From a candidate division Hyd24-12 bacterium UBA5074 (GTDB lineage: Bacteria > Fermentibacterota > Fermentibacteria > Fermentibacterales > Fermentibacteraceae), in assembly GCA_002414865.1 (NCBI GenBank), contig DIAQ01000098.1, forward strand, positions 1,039 to 65,038: a stretch of DNA of 64,000 nt, given 5' to 3'. Made by a program: the position numbers and the translations under genes. This document shows, piece by piece, positions 59,754 to 64,000 of the stretch. Position 1 is the stretch's first letter. Each line of letters starts with the position of its first letter. Below the pieces are notes generated by a model that searched no databases, was not told where the DNA came from, and saw only the letters and a list, made by a program, of their open reading frames with translations.

Positions 59754-61537
59754 TCCAGCACCGCCCTTATCCTGCGGATTCCCGAGGACGAGCTCTTCTC
59801 GGACTGTATCCTGAATCTGCCCAGCATTCCGGTGCGCTCCACGTGCGGCCCTCCGCAGATCTCGACCGAGAAGTCCCCGATCGAGTAGACCTTGACCCTC
59901 TCGCCGTACCTGTCCGTGAAGAGCCCTATCGCACCGCGCGCAGAGGCCTCGTCGACCGACATCTCCTCGCAGCCCACGGGGAGGTCGCGCGTGATGGCCT
60001 CGTTCACCAGCCTCTCGACCTCAGCGACCTGCTCGTCGGTCATCCCTCCGGGATGGCTGAAGTCGAACCTCAGCCTCTCGGCAGTGATGTTGCTCCCCCG
60101 CTGCTCCACGTGATCTCCCAGGACCGTCCGGAGCGCCTTGTGAAGCAGGTGCGTGGCCGTATGGAGCCTCGTCACCATGTCGCTGTGATCGGCCAGGCCG
60201 CCGCCGAACTTCCTGTCCATGCCCGCACGGGACAGCTCCCGGTGTTTCTCGAAGGCCGCCTGGTATCCCGCCGTATCCACAGTCATGCCGTTCTCAGCCG
60301 CCAGCTCGGCCGTGAACTCGACAGGGAACCCGAAGGTGTCGTACAGAGTGAAGGCCACGCGCCCGGGGATGATCCTGGCCGGGTTCTTCATCAGGTTGGG
60401 GAGCAGGCGCTCGAATTCCCTGATGCCGCTCTGGAGAGTTTTCGCGAACTGGGCTTCCTCCCTGCGGATCTCCTCCAGGACGAAGGCGCGGTTGCGGGAG
60501 AGCTCCGGGTGCACTCCGCTCTCCGTGTCCATGACCACCCTGGCGGCATCCTCGAGGAACTGCCGCTCGATGCCCATCTTCCGGCCGTGTCTTATCGAGA
60601 GCCTCAGAAGGCGCCTCAGGATGTAACCCTGGTCTAGATTCGAGGGGGGCACGCCGGAGTCGTCGCCCAGGATATGGGCGGAGGTCCTCACGTGATCGGC
60701 CACGATGCGGAGGGATCTCAGGAACCCGGCGTCGGGCGCCGACGCCACGCCGGCCTCTTTCAGCAGGAAATCGAGCAGGGGTCTGTAGACAGGGATGTCG
60801 TAGACCGACGAAGCCCCGTTCATCATGGCCACGGTGCGCTCGACGCCCATGCCGGTGTCGACGCATCGCTGCTCGAGAGGGATGTATCTGCCTTCCCTCG
60901 TCCTGCAGTACTGAAGGAACACGTCGTTCCAGACCTCGAAGTATCTGCCGCAGCCGCATCCCGGCCTGCACTGCCCGCTGCAGGCGGGCCGGCCCGTGTC
61001 GATGAACATCTCGGTGTCCGGTCCGCAGGGGCCCGTCGCCCCGGCGGGCCCCCACCAGTTGTCTTCGCGGCCGAGGAAGTGGATCCTTTCCCTCGGGATG
61101 CCGAGCTCCTCCCAGGTGGCTGCGGCCTCCTCGTCGGGCGGCACTTCGTCGTCCCCGGCGAAGACCGTGACGCTCAACTTCGACTGGTCGAAGCCCAGCC
61201 ACGAGCGGTGGGTCAGGAACTCGTAGCTCCAGGTGATGGCCTCGCGCTTGAAATAGTCGCCGAGGGACCAGTTCCCGAGCATCTCGAAGAACGTCAGGTG
61301 CGAAGGGTCGCCCACGCACTCGATGTCGCCGGTCCGGATGCACTTCTGGAAGTCCACCAGGCGGCGCCCCGCAGGGTGCGTCTCCCCCATCAGGAAGGGC
61401 ACCAGCGGATGCATGCCCGCGGTTGTGAAAAGTACGGTCGAATCGTTCTCGGGGATCAGCGACGCGCCCCGGATGCGGGCATGGCCGCGCCTCTGGAAGA
61501 AATCGATGTACATCCCCCGCAGCTCGTCAGATGTCAT
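59750..61537 (-). CDS. alaS: Alanine--tRNA ligase, short form
   Basis: LFTTAGM, HLTFFEMLGNWS, GPCGP, DTGMG, DHVR, LYDTFGFP, HTATHLLH, CGGPH. Confidence 0.97.
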   Translation of the reverse strand: MTSDELRGMYIDFFQRRGHARIRGASLIPENDSTVLFTTAGMHPLVPFLMGETHPAGRRLVDFQKCIRTGDIECVGDPSHLTFFEMLGNWSLGDYFKREAITWSYEFLTHRSWLGFDQSKLSVTVFAGDDEVPPDEEAAATWEELGIPRERIHFLGREDNWWGPAGATGPCGPDTEMFIDTGRPACSGQCRPGCGCGRYFEVWNDVFLQYCRTREGRYIPLEQRCVDTGMGVERTVAMMNGASSVYDIPVYRPLLDFLLKEAGVASAPDAGFLRSLRIVADHVRTSAHILGDDSGVPPSNLDQGYILRRLLRLSIRHGRKMGIERQFLEDAARVVMDTESGVHPELSRNRAFVLEEIRREEAQFAKTLQSGIREFERLLPNLMKNPARIIPGRVAFTLYDTFGFPVEFTAELAAENGMTVDTAGYQAAFEKHRELSRAGMDRKFGGGLADHSDMVTRLHTATHLLHKALRTVLGDHVEQRGSNITAERLRFDFSHPGGMTDEQVAEVERLVNEAITRDLPVGCEEMSVDEASARGAIGLFTDRYGERVKVYSIGDFSVEICGGPHVERTGMLGRFRIQSEKSSSSGIRRIRAVLE

Positions 61538-61549
61538 GGCCCTCCGGGA

Positions 61550-62677
61550 CTAGAGCTGTCGCTCGTAGATCCTGTATGTCTTGTAAGGGTCGGCGGACAG
61601 CTCCTTCTCCAGGATCCGCCGCATGGGCAGGTTGTCTTCGAGTATCCACGAGAACTCTCCCCAGGCGCAGCCGGCCTTCAGCCCGTTCTCGATGAGGTGG
61701 GACATCAGGAGGGCGTCGAGCCCGCAGGAGCGCCATTTCTCGCGCACTCCGAGCAGCAGCACCCGGACCCCGTCGATCCTCACCTTGAACGGCGGCACCT
61801 TCAGGGCGAGAAAGGCCCTCAGAGCGCTGCCCCTGGCCTTCAGGAAGGCCTGGTTGGCGTCCGGCAGCCCCACCGCGAATGCCACCGGCTGTCCGTCGAC
61901 GTACGCGATCGGCCCCATCTCGGGCACCACGAGAAGGCCGAGGTCCTTCGCCATCTGCCTGAACTCGCCGTCGGTCATCGGGACGAAACCCCAGTTGCGC
62001 TTCCAGCACTCGTTGTAGATGTCCATCAGGACGAGGACGTCCTCGTAGAGGTCATGCCTGCGCAGGGGCCGGATGACAGCCCCCGTGCGCTCCAGCACGA
62101 TGCTGGAAACCCGCTTCATTCGTGTCCAATCGAGGTTCTTCGTGTCCAGGTAGTAGGCCAGGACGTCCTTGACCTTCTCGAAGCCGCATGCCTCCACGGC
62201 AGGCTGATACCAGGGAGGATTGTAGGTCATCATCAGCACGGGGCTCCTGTCGAAGCCCTTCACGAGAAGGCCTATCTCCTCGTTCGTGGAGAAGTTCATG
62301 GGGCCGCGCATGGCGGTCATCCCCCTGGACGACAGCCAGCTCCCGGCGGCATCGAAGAGGGCGGCGAAGACCCCGGGGTCGTTCACGGCCTCCAGGAAGC
62401 CCCAGAAGCCCGTAGTGTCCCCGGCGTACTCGTTGTGGGCGCGGTTCACTATGGCGGAGATCCTGCCCGCCACCCTGCCGCCATCGCCGCGAGCCAGGAA
62501 ATGGATAACTTCCGCGTGCTCGTGGAAGGGGTGCCCGGCCGAGGGATCGAGGAGCTGGCGCTGAACCGGTCTCAGGGGCGCGACCCAGAGAGGGTCATCC
62601 GAGTAGAGCCTGAAGGGCAGGGTGATGAATTCCGAGAGGGCCCTGCGGCCGCTCACCTGCTCGATGCAGATGCCCAT
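61550..62677 (-). CDS. GNAT-fold acyltransferase (YghO-like), candidate bacterial ceramide synthase
   Basis: FITLP-x-x-LY, GRISA, GFWGF, GPMNFSTNEE-x-GLL, YNPPWY, NWGFVP, PD-x-NQ, SWILEDN; ATG 5 nt after spt stop. Confidence 0.8.
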   Translation of the reverse strand: MGICIEQVSGRRALSEFITLPFRLYSDDPLWVAPLRPVQRQLLDPSAGHPFHEHAEVIHFLARGDGGRVAGRISAIVNRAHNEYAGDTTGFWGFLEAVNDPGVFAALFDAAGSWLSSRGMTAMRGPMNFSTNEEIGLLVKGFDRSPVLMMTYNPPWYQPAVEACGFEKVKDVLAYYLDTKNLDWTRMKRVSSIVLERTGAVIRPLRRHDLYEDVLVLMDIYNECWKRNWGFVPMTDGEFRQMAKDLGLLVVPEMGPIAYVDGQPVAFAVGLPDANQAFLKARGSALRAFLALKVPPFKVRIDGVRVLLLGVREKWRSCGLDALLMSHLIENGLKAGCAWGEFSWILEDNLPMRRILEKELSADPYKTYRIYERQL

Positions 62678-62682
62678 GCGGG

Positions 62683-63870
62683 TCAGGGGATCAGGCCGAA
62701 CCTGCGGCCGACCTTCTCGAAGACTTCCAGCGCGCTGTCGATCATCTCGTCGGTGTGTGTGGCCATGTAGCTGGTCCTGAGCATGGCCCTGTCGGGAGGA
62801 ACCGCCGGACTGACCACTGGATTCGTGAAGACTCCGCCCTGGTCGAGGGCCTGCCAGACCCTGAAGGTGGTCAGCGTGTCGCCGATGATGATCGGAACTA
62901 TGGGCGCCTCCGAGTTGCCGACGTTGAACCCCATGGAGCGCAGCCCGCCCCGGGCTCTCTCGGCGGCCTTGTGCATCTGCACCATGAGCTCGGGCTGCCG
63001 CTGCAGTATCTCGAGGGCCGCCATGACCGTCGCCACGGCGGCGGGGGGGAGGCTGGCGGAGAAGATCTCGCTCCTGGCCTCGTGCTGCATGAAGTCGATG
63101 ACCTTGTCCGACCCCGCTGCGAAGCCACCGATGCAGGCGAAGGACTTGCTGAAGGTCCCCACGTGGAGGTCGACATCCCTCTCGCAATCGAAGTATTCGG
63201 GGGTGCCCCGCCCGTGGGCGCCCATGACACCCACCCCGTGGGCGTCGTCGACCATCAGCCTCGCGCCGTGCTTCCTGGCGAGCTTCGCGATCGTCGGCAG
63301 GTCGGCCAGGTCGCCCTCCATGCTGAAGACGCCGTCGGTGATGATGATGGCTGGATCCTGCTCGCGCTCGAGGAGGTGCTCCAGGTGCTCCATGTCGTTG
63401 TGGTGGTACTTGACCACGCGGGCGTAGCTGAGTCGCGTGCCGTCTATGATGGACGCGTGGACCGAGCGGTCGACCAGGATGAGGTCGTCCTTCTGGCACA
63501 GGGCCGAGATGGCGCCCAGGTTGGTCTGGTATCCGGTGCTGAAGGTGAGAACGCGCTCCCTCTGCAGGAACCCGGCCAGCTTCTCCTCCAGCTCGATGTG
63601 GAGGTCGAGCGTGCCGTTGAGGAACCGGCTGCCGGTGCAGCCCGTGCCGTAGCGCTTGATGGCTTCAGCGGATCTGGCCATCACCTCGGGGTTGTTCGTG
63701 AGCCCGAGGTAGTTGTTGGAGCCCAGCATGATGACCCGGTGGTTCTCGATCATCATGACCGGACCGACCTGTCCGCTCAGGGGCTTGAAGTAGGGGTAGA
63801 GCCCCATCTGCTTGACCTCGTCGGCCCTCGTGTAGTCGATGCACTTCTTGAAGATATCGGGGCGTCGCAT
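62683..63870 (-). CDS. spt: Serine palmitoyltransferase-like alpha-oxoamine synthase
   Basis: YPYF, GSNNYLGL, GSRFLNGT, HASIIDG, DDAH, GTFSKS (PLP Lys), IFSAS. Confidence 0.82.
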   Translation of the reverse strand: MRRPDIFKKCIDYTRADEVKQMGLYPYFKPLSGQVGPVMMIENHRVIMLGSNNYLGLTNNPEVMARSAEAIKRYGTGCTGSRFLNGTLDLHIELEEKLAGFLQRERVLTFSTGYQTNLGAISALCQKDDLILVDRSVHASIIDGTRLSYARVVKYHHNDMEHLEHLLEREQDPAIIITDGVFSMEGDLADLPTIAKLARKHGARLMVDDAHGVGVMGAHGRGTPEYFDCERDVDLHVGTFSKSFACIGGFAAGSDKVIDFMQHEARSEIFSASLPPAAVATVMAALEILQRQPELMVQMHKAAERARGGLRSMGFNVGNSEAPIVPIIIGDTLTTFRVWQALDQGGVFTNPVVSPAVPPDRAMLRTSYMATHTDEMIDSALEVFEKVGRRFGLIP

Positions 63871-63950
63871 CTTGTCAGTTCTCCCGGCTTGCGATAACAT
63901 AGGCCGAGATTGTAAGCACCCCTTCGTCATAAGTCAACGGAGGTGCGACA

Positions 63951-64000
63951 TTGGAGCGTGTTTTCGTGACAGGGGCCTCCGGCTTCCTCGGAAGCAGGCT
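63951..64000 (+). CDS. NAD(P)-dependent epimerase/reductase, N-terminal fragment (runs off the window)
   Basis: GGAGGT RBS then TTG: MERVFVTGASGFLGSR, Rossmann TG-x-x-G-x-x-G motif. Not in ORF track. Confidence 0.85.
   Translation, partial: MERVFVTGASGFLGSR

Overview
High-GC bacterial chromosomal window, almost fully coding, mostly long translationally coupled operons on the minus strand. No rRNA, tRNA, CRISPR or mobile element was seen. The content suggests a diderm anaerobe: HydG-like maturase, a beta-barrel protein, and secreted proteins with T9SS/FlgD-like C-terminal domains. An FCB-related lineage such as Fermentibacterota is a guess from gene content, not a result. Housekeeping genes include yebC (partial), a split B12 methionine synthase cluster, hutU, ogt, cysC, purC, parC/parE, pfk-gap-pgk-tpi, DAHP synthase, mltG, ruvX, alaS and an envelope glycosylation block. 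Three observations stand out. (1) A secreted Omp28/thioredoxin-like protein, missed by the ORF track, has an in-frame TGA in a U-x-x-C motif followed by a SECIS-like hairpin (candidate selenoprotein, 49847-50830). (2) An spt + GNAT + divergent NAD(P)-dependent reductase cluster matches bacterial ceramide synthesis (61550-64000). (3) An adenylate-forming enzyme is fused to a degenerate chorismate-mutase domain directly upstream of a regulator-less DAHP synthase. All family calls come from motif recognition by eye; no database searches were run.
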